Notes under the pieces: generated by a model
Told to the model about the DNA's origin: nothing
Seen by the model: only the letters and a program-made list of their open reading frames with translations
Databases searched by the model: none
Shown: in pieces, positions 1 through 9,015 of the stretch
Numbering within the stretch: the first letter of the stretch is position 1
Layout: each line of letters begins with the position of its first letter
Source: an uncultured Fretibacterium sp.
GTDB lineage: Bacteria; Synergistota; Synergistia; Synergistales; Aminobacteriaceae
Length of the DNA: 64,000 nucleotides
Direction of reading: 5' to 3'
Assembly (NCBI GenBank): GCA_937911045.1
Contig: CALEPX010000004.1
Span: 17,421 to 81,420 of the forward strand
Translations under genes and position numbers: made by a program

Positions 1-130
1 TCCGGGTGAAGCGAGTGGCGATTTCGGCGGTCAGACCCCTCCAGAAATACCAAATGGCGGTCAGGGCGGAACTCTAGGCGAAATGGGCGGCGATTTCGGC
101 GGTCAGGGCGGAACCCCTCCAGATATGCCG
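1..130 (+). repeat. Imperfect tandem coding repeat of about 76 nt, encoding GGDFGGQ...PP..P units
   Basis: ggcgatttcggcggtcag occurs at 17-34 and again at 93-110 with similar flanks. Confidence 0.6.
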
Positions 131-2008
131 AGTAACGGATTCAGACCATCAGCGAATACAGGCAATATTGCAGCATTTGCTACTATGACACACAATGCTG
201 ATGAAGCATATGAGAATCCGGTTTTACACATTACCGAACCCGGCACTTACGCAATCAGCGGAAAATGGAACGGACAAATTTGGCTCGATGTCGGCAAGAA
301 AAACAAGATCAATCTCGTTCTCAACGGTGTAGAAGTCAACTGCGATGTCGGACCTGCGATCGTGTTCTACAAAGCTTACGAGTGCGAACCATACGATGAT
401 GACGCTGCGGACACTGCGAAAGAGGCAGCCGCTCTCACTGCGACGGCTTCGTTTGACGTTGAAGATTTGACGCTCGATGACGCTGGTGTAATCGTGGAAA
501 TTGCTTCTGGAACGAAAAATGTTTTCACAGGCTCGAACACTCCGAGAATGTTGGAAATTGGCGCGAAAAGTAACGTTACGAAAATTGACGGCACAGATTA
601 CAAACAGCAATCCAAGCGTTATAAACTCGACGGCGCATTCCATTCAAGGCGTTCAATGCTAATCAGCGGAGACAAAACCGGAGCTTTAAGCATAACTTCA
701 ACAACTGCTGAGGGACTTGACTCAGAAATGCACATGACGATAATCGGCGGCTCAATCGACGTTACAGCTCCTGATGACGGCATTAACGTGAATGAAGATT
801 ACGTTTCGGTGTTCACGCTTGATTCTGACAATAACGGAATCTTGAGCGTAACTTCAACTGGAGCGGACGGCATTGACTCGAACGGCTATATTATCTTGCA
901 GTCCGGGAAATTGCGAATCTACACTCAGAACGAATCCGGAGCAGAAGGCGCGTTAGATGCTCTTGACGAACTCGGCAGCGCAGGCATATATCAATCAAGC
1001 GCGGTCGATTATCAATGGGGACAGGCTTCAGGAAATGCTGGCGGTAATCATGGCGGATCAGGCGGCACTCAACCCGGAACTGTCAGCGGTGAACCAGTGT
1101 TCTTAACATCAAGTCTCCCATCCGGAACTGTCAACACAGCTTATTCTGCGACGATCACTGCTGAGGGAAATGTACCGCTCACTTGGAAATGTGACGATGA
1201 CGATTTGCCCGATGGATTGGCGTTCAAGTCTAGCGGCGTGACTGCGACAATATCCGGTACGCCTACATCAGCCGGAACGTTCACATTCAATGTGGAAATC
1301 ACGAACCAGCTCGGAGCTATAGACAAGGATTTCTCAATCACGATCGTGTCAGCAAGCCAAAGCGGTGAACAGCCATCAACCGAAATTCCGTCAGATACGT
1401 ATCAGTATTCAGAACCTCCAAGCTTAAGTCTTCAGACGATTTTTGCGACAGATTCTGAAGCAGTCGAATATATTGCCAATGCGATTGCGGTTCAAATGGG
1501 AGCACCATTCCCAGATGACGTTGATATTACCGTTCTGCCAAATGACGCTAAGGGGTCAACAAGAGCACTCACAAAAACAGAAGAGAGCATATTTGCCTCG
1601 AAGAACGAAGATATTCTTGTGGTCTTGGAAACGATGAAAGTTTCTCAAAACGGGATTTATTATTTCAAAGTCCCAAGCACTAATCTAGAAGCCGGTGAAT
1701 CGATTCTCCCACACATGTTGGTCTCAGAGACATCATCTGGAAATTCCACGCGAAATTCTTCGGTGACTGATGAGAGCGACAATGCTGTGTTCGTTAATGA
1801 CAGCGGCGAAATTATCACAAAAGTCCCAGCTGCAAAGGACGTGAACATCGTGAGTTACATGAAAGCTAACGTGACTTACACACCAGTTGTAACGACGGCA
1901 GGAACTGTAACACACAGTCGCAGTCATAGCAGCGGTTGTAACGCAGGTTTCTCAGGGCTTGCAATGATTGCGTTGGCGTTGTGTGTCATGAGACGGCGCG
2001 GGAAATAA
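2..2008 (+). CDS. Cell-surface protein, 5'-truncated by the window edge. Contains Gly-rich repeats, a Cthe_2159-like beta-helix carbohydrate-binding region, a He_PIG/Ig-like domain and a Synerg-CTERM-type tail.
   Basis: The frame stays open from nt 2 (PGEASGDFGGQ...), upstream of the ATG at 83. Repeated GxDSNG/DDGINV beta-helix motifs are present. LPSGTVNTAYSATITAEG...ISGTPTSAGTFTF matches the putative Ig (He_PIG) pattern. The C-terminus is SGCNAGFSGLAMIALALCVMRRRGK. Confidence 0.75.
   Translation, partial: PGEASGDFGGQTPPEIPNGGQGGTLGEMGGDFGGQGGTPPDMPSNGFRPSANTGNIAAFATMTHNADEAYENPVLHITEPGTYAISGKWNGQIWLDVGKKNKINLVLNGVEVNCDVGPAIVFYKAYECEPYDDDAADTAKEAAALTATASFDVEDLTLDDAGVIVEIASGTKNVFTGSNTPRMLEIGAKSNVTKIDGTDYKQQSKRYKLDGAFHSRRSMLISGDKTGALSITSTTAEGLDSEMHMTIIGGSIDVTAPDDGINVNEDYVSVFTLDSDNNGILSVTSTGADGIDSNGYIILQSGKLRIYTQNESGAEGALDALDELGSAGIYQSSAVDYQWGQASGNAGGNHGGSGGTQPGTVSGEPVFLTSSLPSGTVNTAYSATITAEGNVPLTWKCDDDDLPDGLAFKSSGVTATISGTPTSAGTFTFNVEITNQLGAIDKDFSITIVSASQSGEQPSTEIPSDTYQYSEPPSLSLQTIFATDSEAVEYIANAIAVQMGAPFPDDVDITVLPNDAKGSTRALTKTEESIFASKNEDILVVLETMKVSQNGIYYFKVPSTNLEAGESILPHMLVSETSSGNSTRNSSVTDESDNAVFVNDSGEIITKVPAAKDVNIVSYMKANVTYTPVVTTAGTVTHSRSHSSGCNAGFSGLAMIALALCVMRRRGK
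1931..2005 (+). other. Synerg-CTERM-like C-terminal sorting signal (GCNAG motif, TM helix, basic tail)
   Basis: SGCNAGFSGLAMIALALCVMRRRGK is nearly identical in layout to the tail of the 42090..43754 protein. Confidence 0.65.
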
Positions 2009-2047
2009 ATTCGGAATAATAACTTTTGAAATACGTTTGAAACACGA

Positions 2048-2078
2048 AATGTCCCAGAACATCGGGGCATTTTTTTTT
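2048..2078 (+). terminator. Rho-independent terminator after the surface-protein gene
   Basis: An 8-bp stem aatgtccc/ggggcatt has an 8-nt loop and is followed by a T9 run. Confidence 0.7.
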
Positions 2079-2089
2079 GCACTCAGAAC

Positions 2090-2118
2090 TTGTTAATCAA
2101 GCCTCAACAAGTTAGAAT
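2090..2118 (+). promoter_or_regulatory. Putative sigma70-type promoter for rny
   Basis: TTGTTA, 17-nt spacer, TAGAAT. This implies a 5' UTR of about 150 nt before the rny ATG. Confidence 0.35.
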
Positions 2119-2274
2119 TATTACTAGTGCAAGGATTAAGGATTCGGATTTACGTAATTTAGCACGTTATTAATAATAATATCCGAAAGATCCGGAAAAT
2201 TTCGCATTCGATGGATCTGTTTGGGTAAATAATTCTGATTTTACTAGCATAGCTGAAAGGATTTAATTGACATT

Positions 2275-3813
2275 ATGAGTTTTTTACTTGGATCGGCATT
2301 CATTGCTGATTTTTTGGTGGGGGTGTTTGTTGGTTATCTCGCACTGAGAACGATCGATAATCACCGCTTGAATGGTACGCAAAAACGTATCGAGAAAATG
2401 CTCAAGGAAGCAGAGGAAAATTCCGAACGAATTAAACAATCGAGAATTTCTGAAGCCCGCGACGAAGTTTCCAAACTGAAGCAGGAAGCCTCACGTGATA
2501 TTAAAGAACGCCGCAACGAAGTTCAACGCACTGAACGCAGAATCGAACAGAAAGAAGAGAACCTCGACCGAAAAATCGAACGCCTCTCAAAAAAAGAAGA
2601 AGAATTGCGCCTCAAAAACGAAGAACTCGACAGACAACAGGAAGAAATCGACGAAATGCTCCAGCAGCAGGACGAGAAACTTGCCGAAATTGCGGAATTA
2701 ACTCGCGAACAGGCTCAGGAAATCCTGCTCAAACGCACCGAAGACGATGCAAAACACATGCTCGGACTGAAACTCAAGGAACTCGAAGAACGTATGCAGC
2801 GCGATGCTGAGAAAAAAGCTCGTGATATTATCCTCGGGGCAATGCAGCGTTGCACGATTGAAAGCGTCGGAGAAACTACGGTGAGTGTTGTTCCGCTGCC
2901 GTCGGAGGATATGAAGGGCAGAATCATCGGGCGTGAAGGCAGAAATATTCGGGCATTCGAGAGTTTAACAGGCGTAGATTTGATAATTGACGATACTCCT
3001 GAGGCAGTAACTCTCAGCAGCTTTGATCCGGTTAGACGCGAAATTGCCAGACGCGCTATGGAACGCTTGGTTGTTGACGGCAGGATTCACCCGGCACGAA
3101 TCGAAGAACTTATTAACAGAGCAGGGCGCGATATCGAAGAGGAAATGATAACTGATGGCGAAAACGCAATGCTCGAACTCGGCATAAAGAATATTCACTC
3201 GGAATTAGTCCGCACGCTTGGACAACTCAAATTCAGATTCAGTTACGGGCAGAATGCTTTGGCACACAGTCTCGAAGTCGCACAGATCGCCGGAATTATC
3301 GCTGCGGAACTCGGACTTGACGAGGATCTTGCACGTCGCGCCGGATTGTTGCACGACATCGGAAAAGCAATCGACCATCAAATCGAAGGCACACACGCTG
3401 CAATCGGAGCAGATTTGGCGAAACGCTACGGTGAAAAACCCGAAATCGTCAGTTGTATCGCCGCTCATCATGACACACTCGAAGTCAGCTCACCATACGA
3501 AGTAATCGTCTCAGTCTCGGACGCAATCAGCGCATCAAGACCCGGTGCGCGCAGTGAAAGTCTGGACGCGTATATCAAGCGAATCGAACAACTTGAGACA
3601 CTTGCGAAATCTTTTGACGGAGTTACACAAGCTTATGCAATTCAGGCAGGGCGTGAAGTACGAGTGATTCTTTCATCTGGCAGAACTGATGACGGAACTG
3701 TTCACAAGCTTGCTTATGACATTGCGAGAAAAATCGAATCCGAGATGAAGTATCCCGGACAAATAAAAGTCAACGTCTCACGCGAGACTAAATACACGGA
3801 GTTTGCGAAGTAA
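2275..3813 (+). CDS. rny: Ribonuclease Y
   Basis: N-terminal TM helix, long charged coiled coil, KH motif GRIIGREGRNIRAFE and HD motif LLHDIGKA. The 512-aa length is typical. Confidence 0.95.
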   Translation: MSFLLGSAFIADFLVGVFVGYLALRTIDNHRLNGTQKRIEKMLKEAEENSERIKQSRISEARDEVSKLKQEASRDIKERRNEVQRTERRIEQKEENLDRKIERLSKKEEELRLKNEELDRQQEEIDEMLQQQDEKLAEIAELTREQAQEILLKRTEDDAKHMLGLKLKELEERMQRDAEKKARDIILGAMQRCTIESVGETTVSVVPLPSEDMKGRIIGREGRNIRAFESLTGVDLIIDDTPEAVTLSSFDPVRREIARRAMERLVVDGRIHPARIEELINRAGRDIEEEMITDGENAMLELGIKNIHSELVRTLGQLKFRFSYGQNALAHSLEVAQIAGIIAAELGLDEDLARRAGLLHDIGKAIDHQIEGTHAAIGADLAKRYGEKPEIVSCIAAHHDTLEVSSPYEVIVSVSDAISASRPGARSESLDAYIKRIEQLETLAKSFDGVTQAYAIQAGREVRVILSSGRTDDGTVHKLAYDIARKIESEMKYPGQIKVNVSRETKYTEFAK

Positions 3814-4608
3814 ATGCGAATATTATTTTCTGGAGATGTAGCATGGAATATTGGGCGGCGAACTTTTGCACTTGCGCTGCCTGTGATCAAAGCCGAATTT
3901 GGCAAGTATGATTTTCTAGTGATAAATTGCGAGAACGCTGCTCACGGCAAAGGCATGACCGAGAAAATTTTCAACGAGTTCATTGCTTTGGGTGTTGACG
4001 GCATGACATCAGGCAATCATATCTGGCATAAAGCGGCGTTCTTTCAGATTCTGGATTCAGATTCGCGAGTATTCAGACCGGCGAATTACGCAAAAACTTG
4101 TCCGGGAACTGGCTGCGGAATTATCGAACGCAAGGGCAGGAAACTCGGGATAATAAATCTACAGGGACAGGCGTTCATGCCAGCGATTGATTCCCCGTTT
4201 GAGTGCGCTGATAAAATGATCGAGAAGTTGCGCAGAAAATACGGGAATACGTTGCCGATCTTTGTGGACTTTCACGCAGAAGCTACGGCTGAGAAACAGG
4301 CTTTGGGATATTATCTTGACGGACGGGTCAGCGCGGTTGTCGGAACTCATACACACGTTCAGACTGCTGATGAGAAAATTCTTCGTAACGGCACGGCGTT
4401 CATAACAGATGTAGGAATGACGGGCGGACATGGCGGAGTAATCGGTGTTGAGAAAAATTCAGCTATACCGAAATTTATCACGGGAATGCCTACGATGTTT
4501 GAGCCGTGTGAATCAGAACCGCGTTTCAACGGTGTAATGATAGACGTGAATGACAGCACCGGACTTGCTGAGAAAATTTTGCGTGTGAATCTTGAGATTC
4601 GCTTGTGA
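3814..4608 (+). CDS. ymdB: YmdB-type (TIGR00282 family) metallophosphoesterase
   Basis: Motifs ILFSGDV, GNHIWHK, DFHAEATAEK and GTHTHVQTADE. The ATG abuts the rny stop, the same synteny as Bacillus rny-ymdB. Confidence 0.9.
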   Translation: MRILFSGDVAWNIGRRTFALALPVIKAEFGKYDFLVINCENAAHGKGMTEKIFNEFIALGVDGMTSGNHIWHKAAFFQILDSDSRVFRPANYAKTCPGTGCGIIERKGRKLGIINLQGQAFMPAIDSPFECADKMIEKLRRKYGNTLPIFVDFHAEATAEKQALGYYLDGRVSAVVGTHTHVQTADEKILRNGTAFITDVGMTGGHGGVIGVEKNSAIPKFITGMPTMFEPCESEPRFNGVMIDVNDSTGLAEKILRVNLEIRL

Positions 4609-4625
4609 GAATCTGCTCATGAAAA

Positions 4626-4656
4626 ATCCCCTGATTATAATTGCGTGTCAGGGGAT
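4626..4656. terminator. Hairpin between convergent ymdB and gltX (bidirectional terminator candidate)
   Basis: A 9-bp perfect stem atcccctga/tcaggggat. The A-run on the + side gives a U-run for the minus-strand gltX transcript. Confidence 0.5.
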
Positions 4657-4671
4657 AGTATTTGCTATAGC

Positions 4672-6015
4672 TTATAGCAATCCGTAGAATTTCAGGCGTT
4701 TCTCACACTCTTCGCGTCCCAGATGTTCAGCGACTTCGAAAATACCCGGGCTGACTTTCATTCCGGTCAGTGCGAATCTCAGAGGCATAGCGTACTCTTT
4801 CATTTTTGCGCCCTCGCGAGCATTCACCCAATCACGCGCAGCAATTTCTAATTCAGGAGCTTTGAAGACAGGTTGCGCGAATATCATCGTGAAAAACTCG
4901 CGTAACTTGTCTTTATCAACGTCCGAAGCATCCCAGCGTTTTTTTACAGGTTCGAACGACACGAAATAATCCGAGAAATCCGCCATCTCTTTCGCAGTGC
5001 GTCCGCGACCTTCCATTAATGTCAGAGCTTCGGCGAGCCAGTTTTCACCGCGGGATTTTTCGACTTCATCGACGGGTAAACCTGCTTCGAGCCAGAACGG
5101 CTTTATCATGTTCAGGCGCGTCATCGGGTCTAAGCGTTTCAAGTGTTCCTGATTGATATAATTCAGCTTGTCGAAATCGAACACTGCCGGGCGTCGTGTA
5201 ACTCGTGAAAGCTCGAATAATTCCGCAGCTTCGTTTCGCGTGAAAATTTCTTTGTCGTCACCAGCTGACCAACCCAGAAGTGCTAAGAAATTAAACACCG
5301 AGTCAGGCATGTAACCCATGTCGCGATATTCGTATATGCTCGTTGCACCGTGGCGTTTGCTGAGTTTTTTCTTGTCGCGTCCGAGTATCATTGGCAAGTG
5401 CGCGAATTTCGGAACGTCCCAGCCAAGCGCGCGATAAATCAGAATTTGTTTCGGAGTGTTCGAGATATGATCTTCGCCGCGAATTACGTCCGTGATATTC
5501 ATCAGGTGATCGTCGATTACAACAGCGTAATTATACGTCGGCATTCCGTCACTCTTGATTATCACGATGTCTTTGAGCTTGTCAGAATCTTTTTCTTTCA
5601 GACCGTCGCTCATCACGTCGATTCTTCCGTAAACTGTATCGTCAAACGAAATATCCTGACCATGTTCGACCCGGAAAATTATCGCTTCACCATCTCGATA
5701 AGCTTTTCCCTCGGATAATAATTTTTCGGCATATTCGCGGTAAATATCAAGGCGTTCAGATTGTCTGTATGGTCCGTAATTTCCGCCTTTATCCGGACCT
5801 TCGTCCCAATCAAGCCCTAGCCACGTCATGCCGGACATGATAGTCTGCTCGTATTCTTTTGTTGAGCGCGCAAGATCAGTGTCCTCGATTCGCAAGATAA
5901 ATTTCCCGCCGTTGTGACGCGCCCATAACCAGTTAAACAACGCCGTGTGACCTCCGCCAATATGCAGCGCACCCGTTGGACTTGGGGCAAATCTCACTCG
6001 TATATTGCTGTTCAT
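4672..6015 (-). CDS. gltX: Glutamate--tRNA ligase
   Basis: Class I aaRS HIGH-type motif SPTGALHIGG and KMSKS-type motif KLSKRHG. The GltX-like N-terminus is RVRFAPSPTG. Confidence 0.93.
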   Translation of the reverse strand: MNSNIRVRFAPSPTGALHIGGGHTALFNWLWARHNGGKFILRIEDTDLARSTKEYEQTIMSGMTWLGLDWDEGPDKGGNYGPYRQSERLDIYREYAEKLLSEGKAYRDGEAIIFRVEHGQDISFDDTVYGRIDVMSDGLKEKDSDKLKDIVIIKSDGMPTYNYAVVIDDHLMNITDVIRGEDHISNTPKQILIYRALGWDVPKFAHLPMILGRDKKKLSKRHGATSIYEYRDMGYMPDSVFNFLALLGWSAGDDKEIFTRNEAAELFELSRVTRRPAVFDFDKLNYINQEHLKRLDPMTRLNMIKPFWLEAGLPVDEVEKSRGENWLAEALTLMEGRGRTAKEMADFSDYFVSFEPVKKRWDASDVDKDKLREFFTMIFAQPVFKAPELEIAARDWVNAREGAKMKEYAMPLRFALTGMKVSPGIFEVAEHLGREECEKRLKFYGLL

Positions 6016-6047
6016 GAAAATATCAATTCCTTTCGTAATATCGTGTA

Positions 6048-6830
6048 TTATGCTTTATTATAATTCCTGCTCCATTCGAAAATCCCAAGTGCCGCAGCTA
6101 CACTAGCATTCAATGAGCCAACACCCTGAGCTTTAATCGGGATTTTTACAAGTTCATCGCACATTTCGCTCACAAGTCTTGAAAGTCCGAAACCTTCTGA
6201 GCCAATTAACAGCGCAGTTCGTTCGGGTAATTTCTCGTCGTAAATGCTTGTCCCGGATTTTTCGTCAAGACCGATTATCCAGAAATCAGATTTCTTCAAA
6301 CGTTCGATTGTCCGGGAAATATTCACGACCTGAATCAGCGGCACTCTCAACGCAGCACCCGCACTCGTCTTGATTACAGTTCCTGAAGGCAAGGCTGAAC
6401 GTCTCTTCGCGTAAATCACAGCGGCAGCACCGCCAGCTTCAGATGAACGGATTATTGCGCCGAAATTGTGCGGATCTTCGATATGATCCGGAATAACAAG
6501 TAACGCAGGATTTTTCGGATCAAGTTTCGCGAGGAAATCTTCGAGATCAATTGCTTTCACGCTGGTTAATTTGCAGATTACGCCCTGATGCTTCTGACCC
6601 TGAGAAAGTTTATCCAGAGCTTCGGGAGCTACGAGCTGATACGTAACTTTCGCATTTCGTGCGGCATCGACAACTTCATCGAGAAACGGCGGTCTAACGT
6701 TATTCGCAATGATTAATTTCGCGCAACGTTCGGGATTATTGAGCAACAGATCGAGAACTGGTTTGCGTCCGGGACAAATATTTTCGTCATCGTCATGTAT
6801 CTTGCTATTCAAATTCAAATTCACATTCAC
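6048..6830 (-). CDS. rlmB: 23S rRNA 2'-O-methyltransferase, SpoU/TrmH (RlmB-like) family
   Basis: SPOUT C-terminal motifs LLIGSEGFGLS and GSLNASVAAALGIFE, plus an N-terminal substrate-binding domain. Confidence 0.8.
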   Translation of the reverse strand: MNVNLNLNSKIHDDDENICPGRKPVLDLLLNNPERCAKLIIANNVRPPFLDEVVDAARNAKVTYQLVAPEALDKLSQGQKHQGVICKLTSVKAIDLEDFLAKLDPKNPALLVIPDHIEDPHNFGAIIRSSEAGGAAAVIYAKRRSALPSGTVIKTSAGAALRVPLIQVVNISRTIERLKKSDFWIIGLDEKSGTSIYDEKLPERTALLIGSEGFGLSRLVSEMCDELVKIPIKAQGVGSLNASVAAALGIFEWSRNYNKA

Positions 6831-6864
6831 ACTCTGATCTAATCTAGTTTTGTATCAAGCAATA

Positions 6865-6893
6865 TTAGCACAAATTATCAACGGGTGTATAAT
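6865..6893 (+). promoter_or_regulatory. Putative sigma70-type promoter for the 6930-8960 operon
   Basis: TTAGCA, 17-nt spacer, TATAAT. An AAGGGAG SD follows before the ATG at 6930. Confidence 0.4.
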
Positions 6894-6929
6894 TACGGAA
6901 ATTCGTATTTCACAAGGGAGTGAAGATTT

Positions 6930-7514
6930 ATGAACAGTATAACAGAGTACGATTATTCTGGAATTTCCTCGGCAGTTGCAGCCAGTCAAATTCAAACGGT
7001 CAAGCAGACTGCTGATCAGCAACAGGAATTAAAGAAAGTCGAAGGCGTTCAAAAAGTAGAGACGGATTCTTACGAACACGTTGAAGACTCAAGCACGCTC
7101 GCATCAGTTGGGATTTATGACGCGAACGGCAAACTTGCAGGTACGGGCGAAACTGAAAAGCAACGCTCCGAATCCGGTTCAGAATCTGAAGCAAATTCTA
7201 ATTCTAATTCTAATTTAGAAGCTACACTGGAAGTCAAATCAGACGCTAAATCAGATTCTGCGTCCGAAAGCGATTCTACACATTTTGCAGTGAAAGCCGA
7301 CGCGAAATCTGAATCCGCAAAATCCGGCGGAGCAGCTCCAGTGAGTTCAAGCGATGATGATGACGATGACGAAGACAGCACCGAGTCAAAAGTCGTCACG
7401 ATTAACGGCGAAACTTATCTGGAAACTACGGTTGTGAAAGATGGCGTGAAAACCGTTACGCGAAAGAACATGTCAACCGGCGATGTCGAAATCACAAGGA
7501 GCAAAAATTCGTAA
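6930..7514 (+). CDS. Hypothetical acidic, Ser/Asp/Lys-rich, probably disordered protein
   Basis: There is a good SD and it is the first gene of a tightly packed three-gene operon. Contains low-complexity (NS)n, AKSDS/AKSES and D7 runs. No signal peptide or recognisable domain. Confidence 0.6.
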   Translation: MNSITEYDYSGISSAVAASQIQTVKQTADQQQELKKVEGVQKVETDSYEHVEDSSTLASVGIYDANGKLAGTGETEKQRSESGSESEANSNSNSNLEATLEVKSDAKSDSASESDSTHFAVKADAKSESAKSGGAAPVSSSDDDDDDEDSTESKVVTINGETYLETTVVKDGVKTVTRKNMSTGDVEITRSKNS

Positions 7515-7517
7515 GTA

Positions 7518-8336
7518 ATGCTGACTGAGCTGAGTGATAAACTCAAAAATTTGCGTGAATATCTTGCGTCGCTTGGGAGTGTCGCGTGTGCATTCTCAAG
7601 CGGCGTTGATTCTACGTTGCTGTTGAAAGTTGCTCATGATGTTTTGGGCGGGAATGTCTTGGCTGTTACAGCTGCGTCGGCAATGTTTCCGGAACGCGAA
7701 TTGAACGAAGCCAGAGAATTTTGCAGAGTGAATAACATTCGGCACGTGATTTTTGAATCGGACGAGTTAGAGATTCAGGGTTTTAATCGTAATCCGAAAA
7801 ATCGCTGTTACCTGTGCAAAAAAGATCTGTTCTCGAAAATTCTGAAGATTGCCAGCGAGAATAATATTGCGAACGTGATTGAAGGCTCGAATCTTGATGA
7901 TTTGGCAGATTACAGACCGGGTTTGCAGGCGATTGAAGAGTTGCACGTGAAAAGCCCGTTACGAGTTGCGAAGCTGTCAAAGGCAGAAGTCCGTGAATTA
8001 TCCCGGGAATTGGGCTTGAAAACTTTTGATAAACCGTCGTTTGCGTGTTTAGCGTCGAGATTTGTTTACGGTGAGGAGATTACACCCGAGAAATTGCAAA
8101 TGGTCGCTGCGTCCGAGAATTTGCTGCGTGAGTTGGGCTTCAAGCAGTTTCGTGTCAGGATTCACGGGAATGATTCGAGAATTGCGCGGATTGAGATTTT
8201 GCCGAATGATTTCGCGAAGATTTTGCAGGATAACACACGTGAGAAAATTTTCGGTGAATTAAAGAGCTTCGGTTTTGATTACGTTACGTTGGATTTGCAG
8301 GGCTACAGAACCGGCAGCATGAACGAGGTATTATAA
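7518..8336 (+). CDS. larE: LarE-type ATP-dependent sulfur transferase (PP-loop ATP pyrophosphatase, TIGR00268-like)
   Basis: PP-loop AFSSGVDSTLLL, CYLCKK, and the LarE-like cysteine motif FACLASRF. Confidence 0.75.
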   Translation: MLTELSDKLKNLREYLASLGSVACAFSSGVDSTLLLKVAHDVLGGNVLAVTAASAMFPERELNEAREFCRVNNIRHVIFESDELEIQGFNRNPKNRCYLCKKDLFSKILKIASENNIANVIEGSNLDDLADYRPGLQAIEELHVKSPLRVAKLSKAEVRELSRELGLKTFDKPSFACLASRFVYGEEITPEKLQMVAASENLLRELGFKQFRVRIHGNDSRIARIEILPNDFAKILQDNTREKIFGELKSFGFDYVTLDLQGYRTGSMNEVL

Positions 8337-8339
8337 ATC

Positions 8340-8960
8340 ATGAGCATTTTGAGAGCGATTATCAGCTGGCTAGTCGATACGATCGGCAGAATGGGTTACA
8401 CGGGGATAATTTCGCTGATGTTTCTTGAGTCCTCGTTCTTTCCGTTTCCGAGTGAAGTTGTTATGCCTCCTGCCGGTTATCTTGCGTGGAAAGGTGAGAT
8501 GTCGCTATTTTGGGTGTTAGCTTCCGGAATTTTCGGGAGCATTTTGGGAGCGTTGTTTAATTACTGGGTGGCTTTGAAACTTGGTCGCCCATTTTTGTTG
8601 CGTTGGGGAAAATATTTTTTTGTGTCGCAGGATTCGATTCAGAAAGCCGACGAATTTTTCCTGAAGCACGGACATATCAGCACGTTAATCGGCAGATTAT
8701 TGCCAGTGATTCGCCAATATATTTCGCTTCCGGCAGGTATCGCGAGAATGCCGCTGAGAATTTTCACGTTTTTCACAACGTTGGGAGCTGGAATTTGGGT
8801 TTGCGTTTTGACGTTGCTGGGATATATTCTCGGGGAACATCAGGAATTATTCAGCAAGTATTACAGGTTGATAACGCTGGCTTGTGTTTTGCTTGCGTTG
8901 GGAATAATTCTCGTGTACGTATTGTTCCTGAAGTTTCGCAAGAATCAAGACAAGATGTGA
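8340..8960 (+). CDS. DedA family membrane protein
   Basis: Motif ESSFFPFPSEVVMPPAGY, GRLLPVIRQYISLPAG and several TM helices. Confidence 0.85.
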   Translation: MSILRAIISWLVDTIGRMGYTGIISLMFLESSFFPFPSEVVMPPAGYLAWKGEMSLFWVLASGIFGSILGALFNYWVALKLGRPFLLRWGKYFFVSQDSIQKADEFFLKHGHISTLIGRLLPVIRQYISLPAGIARMPLRIFTFFTTLGAGIWVCVLTLLGYILGEHQELFSKYYRLITLACVLLALGIILVYVLFLKFRKNQDKM

Positions 8961-9015
8961 TATGATATTACGATAACGAAATAAAATCCAGTATTACCTG
9001 AGGAGGCAGATAAGT

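Noticed and set aside
6930-7514. The acidic 194-aa protein as an FlgM-like anti-sigma factor or secreted adhesin
   Set aside because: It has no signal peptide, no flagellar or sigma-factor genes nearby and no conserved FlgM C-terminal helix pattern. It is left as hypothetical.
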